From: a virus
Virus record (IMG/VR): IMGVR_UViG_3300033141_004289
Location: 32,001 to 96,000 of that record
Length of the DNA: 64,000 bases
Strand: one strand, 5' to 3'
Part shown: positions 17,879 through 27,423 of the stretch, in pieces
Numbering within the stretch: position 1 is the first letter of the stretch
Layout of the letters: every line of letters begins with the position of its first letter
The notes under the pieces: generated by a model
Databases searched by the model: none
What the model was told of the DNA's origin: nothing
What the model saw: only the letters and a program-made list of their open reading frames with translations
Position numbers and translations under genes: made by a program

Positions 17879-18178
17879 ATGGTCAAGCAAAAAAATGACA
17901 TTGATGTTAAGCTAATTCAGGGTAACTTAATTAGCAATCCTACCAAACCTGATGTAGAATTATATAAAGAATTGGTAGAGAAGGGTAAAATAGTTGAAGA
18001 AGTTGTTCACCCCGCTTTAGTAATTTCTAGATTAGATTACCCAGTTGTTTTGAATTATGGGGAATCTAAGATAAGATTGTCACCAAGAAGTATTTTAAAA
18101 GTTGGTGATGTTGATAAACTTGGTGAGCTTGAAAAGGGTGTGTTCCTAAAGAAGATTACCTCCGTTAAAGTAAAGTAA
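17879..18178 (+). CDS. hypothetical protein
   Basis: AAGGA RBS; precedes sheath. Confidence 0.55.
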   Translation: MVKQKNDIDVKLIQGNLISNPTKPDVELYKELVEKGKIVEEVVHPALVISRLDYPVVLNYGESKIRLSPRSILKVGDVDKLGELEKGVFLKKITSVKVK

Positions 18179-18227
18179 AGTCATTATAAAATTAATTATG
18201 TAATAAACTTAGATATGGAGGTTTAAA

Positions 18228-19817
18228 ATGGGTGGAGCTGCTTCTGTAAGAATTAAGGAAGTTGACCTATCGACAAGAGTTGCCTCGTTTGAGGGTGTTT
18301 ACGGTGCAATCGTAATTCCCGCAACCAAAGGACAATCCGATAGGCCCTTTTTTGTTTCAAGCGATACACAGTTATTGAATACTGCAACCCCAGATGGAAC
18401 AGTGGCCGTTGGTTATGATCTATCTTATTTTTCTGCTCTGGCATACTTAGAGCGAGCTAATAAATTGTGGGTTCAGAGAGTTATTAACGGGGCATTTTAT
18501 GCCGGTCTACTGGTTAAGGAAACTGCTAGTCTTGATCCAAATATTGGAATCACTGCTGGTTCTGATGTTTCTGACCCTACCGCATTTGTACTTGGTGCAG
18601 AAGATGCGCTTTTCATTTATTCTGCAAATGAAGGGACATGGGGAAATGATATTGGAATTAAGATTACAACAATTGATGATGATGAGGACTTAATTGAGCC
18701 AAATTCATTTTTAATTGAAGTTTTTAAATTTGCTAATCAAGTAACTCCTGTTGAATCCTTTTTAGTTTCACGAGTTCTTGGTCAAAAAGATGGCCGTGGT
18801 CTTAACATGTATGTCGAAGATGTTTTAGAAGGTTCTGAATATATCAGAGCTATTTCTAATCCAACTATTGCTGAAACTGTTTTACCAAAAACTCAAGCTG
18901 CTTATTTAGCAATGACAGATGGTGATGATGGTCTAGCAATAACTGATACAAACATGATTGCAGCTGCAAATAATTTTGCTAATAAAGCAGAAGTTTCAGT
19001 TACTATCTTAATGGACGGTGGTTATGCTGTTCCAGCATATCAGATTGCACTTGATACAATTGCTCAGAGTCGTCAAGATTGTGTTGCCATTCTTTCAGTT
19101 CCTTATGCTGATGAAGCTGGCTCAACATACATGGTCGACATTGTAGATTATAGAAAAACAGATTTGAATTTAAATAGTTCATACTCTGCTCTTTATACTC
19201 CTCACCTTCAAATCCAAGATCGTTTTAATGATAGATCAATTTGGATTGCACCAGATGGCCATGTAGCTGGAAGTATTTCATTTGCTTCTAATACATTTGA
19301 AATTTGGTTTCCAGCTGCTGGATTTAAGCGTGGTGTGTTAAATGTTCTTGATACAAAAAGAAGATTCTCAGATGGTGAGTTGGATGAACTTTATAATAAA
19401 GGGATAAACCCAATTCGATTCATTCCCGGAAAAGGGATTGTAGTTTGGGGCCAAAAAACATTATTGGCCAGAGCATCTGCTCTTGACCGATTAAATGTTA
19501 GACTTCTTCTAATTGTTATTGAACCAGCAATTAAAGAGCTTCTTGAAAACTTCTTGTTTGACCTTAATGATGCAAGTGTTAGATCAATTATTGAAACAAA
19601 GATTGAATCTTACCTTCAAACCATTCAGGCCAGAAAAGGTATTCAAGATTTTGATGTAGTCGCTGATGATACCAATAACTCGGATGCAGATATTGATGCC
19701 AATCGACTAAACGTAGATATTTTTATTAAGCCAACCAGATCAATTGAAGAAATACCAGTTAGAGTTGTAATAACTCCTTCAAATATTTCTTTTAGTGATG
19801 CTGCAGGCGCTATTTAA
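18228..19817 (+). CDS. contractile tail sheath protein (gp18-like)
   Basis: VRIKEVDLS, WFPAAGFKRG, LYNKGINPI, WGQKTL, LNVRLLL, IKPTRSIEEI. Confidence 0.95.
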   Translation: MGGAASVRIKEVDLSTRVASFEGVYGAIVIPATKGQSDRPFFVSSDTQLLNTATPDGTVAVGYDLSYFSALAYLERANKLWVQRVINGAFYAGLLVKETASLDPNIGITAGSDVSDPTAFVLGAEDALFIYSANEGTWGNDIGIKITTIDDDEDLIEPNSFLIEVFKFANQVTPVESFLVSRVLGQKDGRGLNMYVEDVLEGSEYIRAISNPTIAETVLPKTQAAYLAMTDGDDGLAITDTNMIAAANNFANKAEVSVTILMDGGYAVPAYQIALDTIAQSRQDCVAILSVPYADEAGSTYMVDIVDYRKTDLNLNSSYSALYTPHLQIQDRFNDRSIWIAPDGHVAGSISFASNTFEIWFPAAGFKRGVLNVLDTKRRFSDGELDELYNKGINPIRFIPGKGIVVWGQKTLLARASALDRLNVRLLLIVIEPAIKELLENFLFDLNDASVRSIIETKIESYLQTIQARKGIQDFDVVADDTNNSDADIDANRLNVDIFIKPTRSIEEIPVRVVITPSNISFSDAAGAI

Positions 19818-19831
19818 GGAGGGAGTGAGTC

Positions 19832-20365
19832 ATGGCAAATTTCTCGATTGACCAATTAAGAGCTTTACCCGACTACGCACAGGTTACAAAATGGGATGTC
19901 ACCTTTGTAACTCTCCCTGCTGTCGGTGCATTGGGTTTTCCAGTAGCAGAAGATATTAATCTTCGTTGTGAATCCGTTGAACTTCCTAAAGGTGCAAACC
20001 AGAAATATGAAGTAATGACTAGAGGTCATAAAACACTTCATAGTGGAATCATGGATTATGGAAACACTATTACATTAACTTTTACAGAAACAGTTGATAA
20101 TTTCTTGTTTAATTTTGTAAAAGCATGGAGAGAACTGGTTTGGAGTAGCCGTCAAGGACAGGCTTTTTCTAAAGCAGATATTGAGGCAACTCTATTGATT
20201 ACCTTGCTTGATAACCAAGATAATCCAAGGGCCAAATATACTGTTTATGGTTGTTTTTATGAAAGTGATGATTTTGGAACATTAGATGGTTCAACCTCTG
20301 ATGCTATGAAACCATCATTGACATTAAGTTTTGACCATTTTGTAGATGCACCTCTAAGCGTTTAA
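19832..20365 (+). CDS. tail tube protein (gp19-like)
   Basis: After sheath; CESVELP, ITLTFTET, LTLSFDHF. Confidence 0.85.
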   Translation: MANFSIDQLRALPDYAQVTKWDVTFVTLPAVGALGFPVAEDINLRCESVELPKGANQKYEVMTRGHKTLHSGIMDYGNTITLTFTETVDNFLFNFVKAWRELVWSSRQGQAFSKADIEATLLITLLDNQDNPRAKYTVYGCFYESDDFGTLDGSTSDAMKPSLTLSFDHFVDAPLSV

Positions 20366-20375
20366 TTTGATTTAT

Positions 20376-20408
20376 AGGGGGTAATAACTATATGTTACTA
20401 CCCCTTTT
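20376..20408 (+). terminator. intrinsic terminator after tube gene
   Basis: GGGGTAATAAC-loop-GTTACTACCCC-TTTT. Confidence 0.75.
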
Positions 20409-20452
20409 CATCTTCCAAATCAGTTCATATAATATTCCAGAGAGGTTTAACT

Positions 20453-21136
20453 ATGGCACTTGTTCCTAGTTTTATTCCGGGTGGCGATAAAATCAATAAT
20501 GCTGTAAATAGTTTTCTTGATGGTGGAGCTGTAGGAATAGAAACAATTCGTTCTATTAATTATGGAACAACTTATTTATGGACTGTCGATTTTATTGATA
20601 CTAATGGAATTAAACCACCAGCTCCATTTGATGCATTTTTTCCAGCATCCGAAGTTACCTTTAATTTGGGTATCATTAATTCACATACTGTAGAGATGGG
20701 GCAATCAAGCATTACATTTCCAAGAAATACTACTTTTAAGACAGTAGATGTAACCTTTTTTGATGACGAAAATAGAAGTTTACAAAGATGGATGAGTGAT
20801 TGGATGAATGTGGATTTACTAAATTATGGCGAATTTATGTCTGGGATAAATGATAGTCATCAAGTAGTTGCAGCCGATTCATTTGGAAATAGTAGTAGAA
20901 GTGTTCAACCAATGAGACATATTAGAATTGCACTATTAGATAAATATAAATCAGAAACTGTAGTATATAATTATAATGTTGTACCTGATGGTAATATTGA
21001 TTTTGGTGGGACTCAAGCAAGTGAAGCATCTCAGTTTAGTATGAAGTTTAATATCGTAGAGGAATTAGGAAGACCGAAAGCCGGTGATAGTAGTTCCTTT
21101 AATTTTGTAAGAAATATATTAGGTAGGTTTATATGA
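20453..21136 (+). CDS. tube-fold baseplate/tube initiator (gp54-like)
   Basis: VDVTFFDDENRSLQRWMSDW tube-like pattern; position. Confidence 0.55.
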   Translation: MALVPSFIPGGDKINNAVNSFLDGGAVGIETIRSINYGTTYLWTVDFIDTNGIKPPAPFDAFFPASEVTFNLGIINSHTVEMGQSSITFPRNTTFKTVDVTFFDDENRSLQRWMSDWMNVDLLNYGEFMSGINDSHQVVAADSFGNSSRSVQPMRHIRIALLDKYKSETVVYNYNVVPDGNIDFGGTQASEASQFSMKFNIVEELGRPKAGDSSSFNFVRNILGRFI

Positions 21137-21479
21137 AATTAGTAAATGAAATTAATTCAATGTTGGAAGAGGTTGATGCTAAAACAGATATGAAAGTTGA
21201 TGATTTTGTTAGTAAATTTTTAATGAAAACCTATAAATTAGATTCCTATCCAGATGGTAGTGGAGTTGAAGGTAAATCAATTAGAAAGACTTTCCCTGTT
21301 AGGGATATAAAAGATGTTGATGCTAAAAAAATAGAAGATGCTATAAATGGTAAATTTAAAGATATTTTAAAATCTGTGTCTGTTAAAAAGAAAAGTCCTA
21401 GGAATCAAGTCGCCCAGTATTGGGTGGATATAAAATTTAAATAAAGGTAAGTTTATATGAAATTAGTAAATGAAATTAA
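21121..21479 (+). repeat. 35-bp direct repeat (21121-21155 and 21445-21479) over RBS and leader codons
   Basis: AGGTA(G/A)GTTTATATGAAATTAGTAAATGAAATTAA, 34/35 identical. Confidence 0.9.
21133..21444 (+). CDS. small putative internal protein (leader-tagged)
   Basis: MKLVNEINSMLEE. Confidence 0.55.
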   Translation: MKLVNEINSMLEEVDAKTDMKVDDFVSKFLMKTYKLDSYPDGSGVEGKSIRKTFPVRDIKDVDAKKIEDAINGKFKDILKSVSVKKKSPRNQVAQYWVDIKFK

Positions 21480-21705
21480 AAATTTAATTGAAGCAGTAGA
21501 TGGAAAAGAACTAAAAGCAGAATTATTAAAGAATAAAAACATTCAAGCAGTAGATACAGAAAAAGGAAAACTTATTGCTATTGTTTCACCAGAAATGAAG
21601 CATAAATTTTTGGCAGATATAAAGAAGAGTAAACTAATGAATCAATCTGCAAATTGGGTAGATTCAGCAGGTAAAACAATAAAGTTTTACTTCGATGTAA
21701 AGTAA
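21457..21705 (+). CDS. small putative internal protein (leader-tagged)
   Basis: MKLVNEIKNLIEA. Confidence 0.55.
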   Translation: MKLVNEIKNLIEAVDGKELKAELLKNKNIQAVDTEKGKLIAIVSPEMKHKFLADIKKSKLMNQSANWVDSAGKTIKFYFDVK

Positions 21706-21715
21706 AGGAAAAGTC

Positions 21716-22519
21716 ATGACAGAAAGTAAATTCATTCCAGAAATCGAACTGGATGTAACTAAACTACCTTCTAGGGGTTTAAGTTATCCAACAGGTACAA
21801 AAATTAAGTATCGAACTTATACATTTGGAGAAGTTAGAAAAATCAGCACCTCCAATATGAGTATCGAGTCCTCATTAAAAATGGCAATTGAAGGTATTGA
21901 AACAGATTTTGGTGCAAAAAATTTAACCTTAATGGATGCTCTTTATATTGGGATATTAAGAAAAATATCCTCATTAACGGAAATGAAATTTGAAGTTCCT
22001 TATATGTGTACTAAATGTAAAAAGGCGGCCAAAGGTGTTTTCAATCATAATGACATTACTTTTCGAGATATCGACAAAGACGTTAGCTCTCTTCCTATAT
22101 ACATTGACTTGGGAGGGAAGGAACTTGCTTTTAGTCCTATGACGGTATCTGATTATTTTGAATTAACTTCTGGTAAGCATGATGATGTTTTTAAAGATAG
22201 TAAAATTGATAGAGTAGCAGTTCAGGCAATTAGTATTAAAAATATGAGCTTTAAAGCTGCCTATGAAATGCTTTATAAAGTTAATACACCAGAAGATATT
22301 GAATTAATCACAGAAGTTGATAGACTGTTACTACACGATATAGAAAATTTAAAGACAACGTGTAGAAATAATGTTGAAGGAAAGACTTGCGGGGGTGAAA
22401 ACTCGATTAAATTAGAGGGTCGGGAGGCCCTCATTAGCCCGTTTCGTAGCTCCGAAGGAACTGTTAGAAATAGAATTCGTTTTAGCTCTACACCAAAGCC
22501 TCAGTCCATATCAGATTGA
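21716..22519 (+). CDS. baseplate hub/tail assembly chaperone (gp26-like), Zn-binding
   Basis: LPSRG, LTLMDALYI...LR, CTKC, C-x8-C; directly before tape measure. Confidence 0.65.
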   Translation: MTESKFIPEIELDVTKLPSRGLSYPTGTKIKYRTYTFGEVRKISTSNMSIESSLKMAIEGIETDFGAKNLTLMDALYIGILRKISSLTEMKFEVPYMCTKCKKAAKGVFNHNDITFRDIDKDVSSLPIYIDLGGKELAFSPMTVSDYFELTSGKHDDVFKDSKIDRVAVQAISIKNMSFKAAYEMLYKVNTPEDIELITEVDRLLLHDIENLKTTCRNNVEGKTCGGENSIKLEGREALISPFRSSEGTVRNRIRFSSTPKPQSISD

Positions 22520-22589
22520 TTATCTGGAATTTACTAGGGTTTTAGAATTGGAAAGTAGGCTAAGAAAGTATCTGAAGAAGGATAAATAA
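22440..22589 (+). CDS. start-less +1-frame extension of the chaperone (probable programmed frameshift product)
   Basis: Frame open 22416-22589 with no ATG/GTG/TTG at its 5' end; VAPKELLEIEFVLALHQSLSPYQIDYLEFTRVLELESRLRKYLKKDK*; TAA overlaps tape-measure ATG. Confidence 0.65.
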   Translation, partial: RFVAPKELLEIEFVLALHQSLSPYQIDYLEFTRVLELESRLRKYLKKDK

Positions 22590-24262
22590 TGTCGGAAGTA
22601 GAAAACCTTATTCAAGAACAGGCGACAACAAATTTAAATTTGGCTTTATTGCTAGATACTAAGGCCACATTTGACGATATTTTATTAGAGAATATGATAT
22701 CTAATGAATTATTAGATACTAATTCAAATGCTATTGTCTCATTAGATAAAACATTAAAATCTGAAATTACAAATCTTAGTTCTACTATTGCTAGTTTTAA
22801 ATTAGATGAACCAGAAGAATTTAAAAGTCTTCCACTTCCAATAGAAACAAATTTTCCGCTATTACCCGCACCAGAAGGCACAGTTTTTGACCAGAGTGAA
22901 GTTGTAAATGCTTTAACAGAATTACAACCAATTGAACCTGAATTAAGAACTGTTATTAATGAAGCCGAAGATGATACTCAGATTTTATCGGATATATCTG
23001 AAACAGGTGACGATTCTGTATCTCATTTATCAGATATAAATGACGGTATTCAGGAAATTATATCCAGAGATGAAACAGAAGAGTTTGAATCTCAAAAAGG
23101 TGTAGCAGTAGATAGGCAAAAAGATAGTGAGGCCTCAGAAGGTTTATTTGAAGGAATGGGCGGAAAAGCTGCTGCATTAGCTGGTAAGGCCGGTGTTATT
23201 GGAGCAGTCGCACTTGCCACAGGTGCAATTGTAAAATCAGTTTTTGATGGATTAACAGATGATAAGGTGATTCAAGATATTACAGGTAAGGCGAGAAAAG
23301 ACCTTACTGCAAGTGAAGAATCCTTTGCAATATTATCAAATGTGGTTGAGACACTTTCATTTGGTTTATTTAGTGCTAAAGAAACATTTGAGGCAGTACA
23401 ACCTTTAGCAGAAGGATTTCAGAAGGCCACAGATGCTTTATTTGACCCAGATGAAGGGGTATTTGGGTTCTTTACTAGTTCTGTTATAAAGCTATTTGAA
23501 GGTGATATAATGGGGGCCTTAGAGGATACTGTAATTGGTATTGCTAAGTTACCTTTAAAAATATTTGAATTAGGTCAAAAAATTGGAACAGCTTTATTTG
23601 ATTTGCTGCCTACAGATATTCAAAATCAAGTATCTGATTTTATAACTCCAATTACTGACCCACTATTTAAATTCTTTTTTGAAGATATCCCAAATACATA
23701 TCAGGCAATTGCTGACACTATTAAAAGCGGTTTTGATTTTATAATGGATATTCCTAATAAAATTGAAACTATGGTAACTAATTTTACCGATTCAGTAATT
23801 GAGGGATTAACTAGTGCATTTGATTTTGTAGGTGATATCGCTTCAAAAATAGCTGATAGTGTATCAAATTTTGCTTCTGATATAATTAATGGGATTAAAG
23901 GTAAGGCAGTTGAACTAGCAAGTGACCTTCCATTTGGGATAGGTGACAAGATAGTGTCACTTTTTGACACTATTGAAGCTCCTGAGAAAAAAGAACCAGT
24001 TCAAAATAAAGGAATATTTAAACCCATTCTTTCTAAAGAAGCAGGAGAGAATATTCCAATTTCAAAATCACCATCAGTTGTTGATGCCGAACCTACAGCA
24101 AAACTATCTAAAGAGAGATTTGACCAACAACAAGTAATTGTTCAATCAACACCACCTCAACCAATTATTATTGAAAAAGAGAAGAGAGAAGAAAAGAAAA
24201 TAAGCAGAAGAACAGAGTCAAATGACATGACTTTATCAATGCTTGGAATGGGGAATTTCTAA
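22589..24262 (+). CDS. tape measure protein (gp29-like)
   Basis: 557 aa; A/G-rich hydrophobic segment, amphipathic helical repeats; position. Confidence 0.65.
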   Translation: MSEVENLIQEQATTNLNLALLLDTKATFDDILLENMISNELLDTNSNAIVSLDKTLKSEITNLSSTIASFKLDEPEEFKSLPLPIETNFPLLPAPEGTVFDQSEVVNALTELQPIEPELRTVINEAEDDTQILSDISETGDDSVSHLSDINDGIQEIISRDETEEFESQKGVAVDRQKDSEASEGLFEGMGGKAAALAGKAGVIGAVALATGAIVKSVFDGLTDDKVIQDITGKARKDLTASEESFAILSNVVETLSFGLFSAKETFEAVQPLAEGFQKATDALFDPDEGVFGFFTSSVIKLFEGDIMGALEDTVIGIAKLPLKIFELGQKIGTALFDLLPTDIQNQVSDFITPITDPLFKFFFEDIPNTYQAIADTIKSGFDFIMDIPNKIETMVTNFTDSVIEGLTSAFDFVGDIASKIADSVSNFASDIINGIKGKAVELASDLPFGIGDKIVSLFDTIEAPEKKEPVQNKGIFKPILSKEAGENIPISKSPSVVDAEPTAKLSKERFDQQQVIVQSTPPQPIIIEKEKREEKKISRRTESNDMTLSMLGMGNF

Positions 24263-24894
24263 TGTCTGATTATAGAGACTTTTTAAGTAATAAAAAATAT
24301 CAAGTTGTAATTGCCGGATTATCTGGTGGGCCAGTAGTGGCAGTTATGCAAAACGATTTATCTATAGCTGGTGGAAATGATTTCACAACTGCTGGAGAAG
24401 TGTTAAGAGATGTTCCAATTGCTGGTGCCGCTTTAACTGTAAAGGATAAGGCAGCGAGTTTAGTAAAAATTGCTGGACGATCTGTTACCTCTCAATTTGA
24501 AACTCGATTGGCTTGGAGTAATAGTTTAAAACCAAATTTTACTATTGAGATGACCTTTTACCAAGATGATGCAAATGCTAATGATTCCATACTATCTCAA
24601 TATAAAAGAATAAAAAGTGCTGTACTCCCAACAGCTCAAGGTAAATTTTATAAAGCACCACTAGGTTACAAAATTGGTAACTTAAAGGGTCAATCTTTGA
24701 GGCCAAGTGGAACACTTAGTATTCAAATTGGTGAATGGTTTAGAGCAACAAATGTAGTTATGGTTTCAGAAAATTTTACCTTCTCTAAAGAAGTAAATAT
24801 TAATGGTCAACCTTTATTTGCTACTGGTTCAATTACTTTAGAACCATTTAAAGCAGTAACCTACAAAGAATACCAAGATTATTTTATTGATTAG
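24262..24894 (+). CDS. baseplate tube-cap protein (gp48-like)
   Basis: Position; LSIQIGEWF...GQPLFATGSITL. Confidence 0.5.
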   Translation: MSDYRDFLSNKKYQVVIAGLSGGPVVAVMQNDLSIAGGNDFTTAGEVLRDVPIAGAALTVKDKAASLVKIAGRSVTSQFETRLAWSNSLKPNFTIEMTFYQDDANANDSILSQYKRIKSAVLPTAQGKFYKAPLGYKIGNLKGQSLRPSGTLSIQIGEWFRATNVVMVSENFTFSKEVNINGQPLFATGSITLEPFKAVTYKEYQDYFID

Positions 24895-24902
24895 GATTTT
24901 AT

Positions 24903-25280
24903 ATGACCAAAGAAGCAGAAGCTAAAGCATTTTTTATAAATTTAGACCTTGAATCACCTGAGAGATTCGATATGTCTCGTTTTATGCTTTATGACGAAGA
25001 TGTTTTTGAACCAATCACTTCTCATGTTCTTGAAACAATTAAGGGATTAGAGGCCGGTGGCCAATATGTTGTAACAGGAGAAGATTATAGACCTGATTCT
25101 GTTAGTGATAAAATCTATGGAACAACAGAATATTGGTGGATTTTATTAATATATAATGAAAAACTTTCATTTAATGATTTACAGCATGGGGATGAAATCC
25201 GATTCCCTTCAATTCAGGCATTAGAAGATTTATATTTTAGTTTAAAAGTACAGCAAAATAATGTTGATAGGGAAGATTAA
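24903..25280 (+). CDS. baseplate wedge protein (gp53/LysM-like)
   Basis: RPDSVSDKIYGTTEYWWILLIYN. Confidence 0.8.
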   Translation: MTKEAEAKAFFINLDLESPERFDMSRFMLYDEDVFEPITSHVLETIKGLEAGGQYVVTGEDYRPDSVSDKIYGTTEYWWILLIYNEKLSFNDLQHGDEIRFPSIQALEDLYFSLKVQQNNVDRED

Positions 25281-26410
25281 TGAGTTTCGGAGTTGATGGA
25301 CAATACATTTTATCAATTAGTTTAAATGGAAATTCTGACTTTATTGAACCAGAGGATTTGGAAGAACTAACTATTTACGAATATGCTGGAAATATATTAC
25401 CTACATTTGAATTAAATTTTAGATCAAATGACGAAACATTATTAAAATCTTTAAATGAGGGTAACTCTATTAATGTTCAAACTGGTAAATCAACCAGTGA
25501 GTCAATTGATATATCTCTTTATCCAAATACTTTAAAGACCGTTAAAGATGGCCCTGATATGCGATATTATGAGGTGAAAGGTTTTGCTGCTTCAATTAGT
25601 TATATCACAAACCATAATTTACAAATAACAGATGAAAAATCTGGTATTGAAGTAGCTATAGAATTAGGAAATGACAATTTTTCTAAAGTGGAATCTAATG
25701 TTTTTAAATCAAGTGATAAGCAAAAATGGATTCAGCCAAATATTACAGATAAACAATTTATGAACCAAGTTATTTTACATAGTGACCTTGGCACATCATT
25801 TCCAGTTTATGGGATTACCTCAGATGGAATATTTATTGTAAAAGATTTATTAAAAGCTCTTAGCTCAGGGTTTGATTGGAGATTAACTAAAAATCCGTTA
25901 AAGCCAAATGATATATCATATGATTCAGATGTAACTATTGACTCTAAATCTGGATTTATAAATAGTTGGATTGGCTACGGTAAAGAATTAAAAGTTATTA
26001 ATTCAATAGATGGAAAGGTTGAAAGCGTTTTTGAAGACCCAGAAGTAATTATGTCAATGTCTAAAGAATTGGATAAATCAAGTGACATAGAAAGAAGATT
26101 TGGTGGGACTAGAAATATTAATGATAATGTTCATGCTAAATTTTGGGAAAGCCATAACCATAATTTACAATCTTTGGCAAATTTATCAAAAATTGATAAC
26201 ACCCTCAGTTTTACAGATCAATTTCATTATGTGAAGCCATTAGATGTTGTAATGTTTACGGAAGAATCAAATTCTAATACAATTCAAGCAGGCGAAGAAC
26301 AATCTGGATTATACATTGTTTCAGGTGTTGTTAGAACATTTCAAATGAAAAGAACTAGTACAGTATTAATATTAAATAGAGAAGCATTTAATCAGGTGAA
26401 AAATACATAA
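25280..26410 (+). CDS. baseplate hub protein (gp27-like)
   Basis: Between gp53-like and spike; SGLYIVSGV C-terminus. Confidence 0.6.
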   Translation: MSFGVDGQYILSISLNGNSDFIEPEDLEELTIYEYAGNILPTFELNFRSNDETLLKSLNEGNSINVQTGKSTSESIDISLYPNTLKTVKDGPDMRYYEVKGFAASISYITNHNLQITDEKSGIEVAIELGNDNFSKVESNVFKSSDKQKWIQPNITDKQFMNQVILHSDLGTSFPVYGITSDGIFIVKDLLKALSSGFDWRLTKNPLKPNDISYDSDVTIDSKSGFINSWIGYGKELKVINSIDGKVESVFEDPEVIMSMSKELDKSSDIERRFGGTRNINDNVHAKFWESHNHNLQSLANLSKIDNTLSFTDQFHYVKPLDVVMFTEESNSNTIQAGEEQSGLYIVSGVVRTFQMKRTSTVLILNREAFNQVKNT

Positions 26411-27180
26411 TGTTAATTAGATTATCAGAACATATGGTGCCAGTTAAGGGTTTAAGCAAACCGCTTAAAGGTATTGTAGTAGATAATGAAGACCCAAAAA
26501 AATTAGGTAGAGTTAAATGTACTATTGCTGGAATCATGGAAGCAGATAAAGAAAAACTTCCTTGGATCACATCTCCATATAGTCCATCTAAATTTGATGT
26601 ACCCGAAATAAACGAAGAATTAATAATTGAATTTCCGTATGGTAATGTCTATAATCCGTTTTTCACAGGATATTGGCACAATGAAGCAAACCACGATACA
26701 CTTTTTGACACTGATTACCCTAATAGTTTTGGCATTTCTAAGCAAGGCTTCATCCTAAAATATAATAAAACATTAAAAAAAGGTGAGTTTATTCATCCAT
26801 CTGGAACCACAGCTACTTTATTAGAAGACGGCACTCTCCAAATAAATATTGCTAAAGACCTTGCTCTAGTAATATCGGGAAAAGTTACCCAGTCTGTTAC
26901 AGGAGATATTGAATTTTCATCAGACGGTAATTTAAAATTAATTGGTAAAGGTGGTGTTGAAGTCACTAGTGATGGAAGTGCTAAGTTTGCTGGAAAAGGT
27001 AGCACAGAAGTTGGTGATGGTGGAAGTAGTACAGAAGTTAAAGGAACCAGTATTTTATTAGCTGGTGGTGGACTTGGTGTAGCACTACTTACATCGCAAA
27101 CAATAGCTGTCGGGAATCTCGGTGCTCCTGTAGTGGGGAACATAATAGAAGGAAGCAGTAAGGTGTTTGCACCTAAATAA
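26410..27180 (+). CDS. baseplate central spike (gp5/gpV OB-fold + beta-helix)
   Basis: GIVVDNEDPKKLGRVKC, VPEINE, HPSGT; no lysozyme domain. Confidence 0.85.
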   Translation: MLIRLSEHMVPVKGLSKPLKGIVVDNEDPKKLGRVKCTIAGIMEADKEKLPWITSPYSPSKFDVPEINEELIIEFPYGNVYNPFFTGYWHNEANHDTLFDTDYPNSFGISKQGFILKYNKTLKKGEFIHPSGTTATLLEDGTLQINIAKDLALVISGKVTQSVTGDIEFSSDGNLKLIGKGGVEVTSDGSAKFAGKGSTEVGDGGSSTEVKGTSILLAGGGLGVALLTSQTIAVGNLGAPVVGNIIEGSSKVFAPK

Positions 27181-27190
27181 AGGATATTTT

Positions 27191-27421
27191 ATGCAGCATT
27201 ATCAGTGTAAATGTGGAAAAACGAAAGCAAGTGGTTCTATGCCACCTTATAAATGTGACTGGTGTGAAGATTGTAATTCTAGTATTGCATTAGGGCCTAA
27301 AGCACATAGAGATAGAATCCCTCATAAATACATTGAAACTAAAGTTAAAATAGATGGCGGGTATGGCGTACTTACTAAGTGCGAATATTGTTTAATAACT
27401 AAGGATAAATTAGAAGGATAG
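27191..27421 (+). CDS. small Cys-rich Zn-binding protein
   Basis: AAGGA RBS then ATG 27191; CKCG, CDWCEDC, CEYC. Confidence 0.5.
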   Translation: MQHYQCKCGKTKASGSMPPYKCDWCEDCNSSIALGPKAHRDRIPHKYIETKVKIDGGYGVLTKCEYCLITKDKLEG

Positions 27422-27423
27422 TA

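Noticed and set aside
14205-18200. T4-type late promoters (TATAAATA)
   Set aside because: Only loose TATAAA variants appear upstream of a few genes (about 14214, about 18185), not distinguishable from background in AT-rich DNA
22389-22415. GGGGGT run as a -1/-2 slippery site for the chaperone
   Set aside because: The target frame has a TAG at 22413-15 downstream of this run, so shifting here cannot reach the extension
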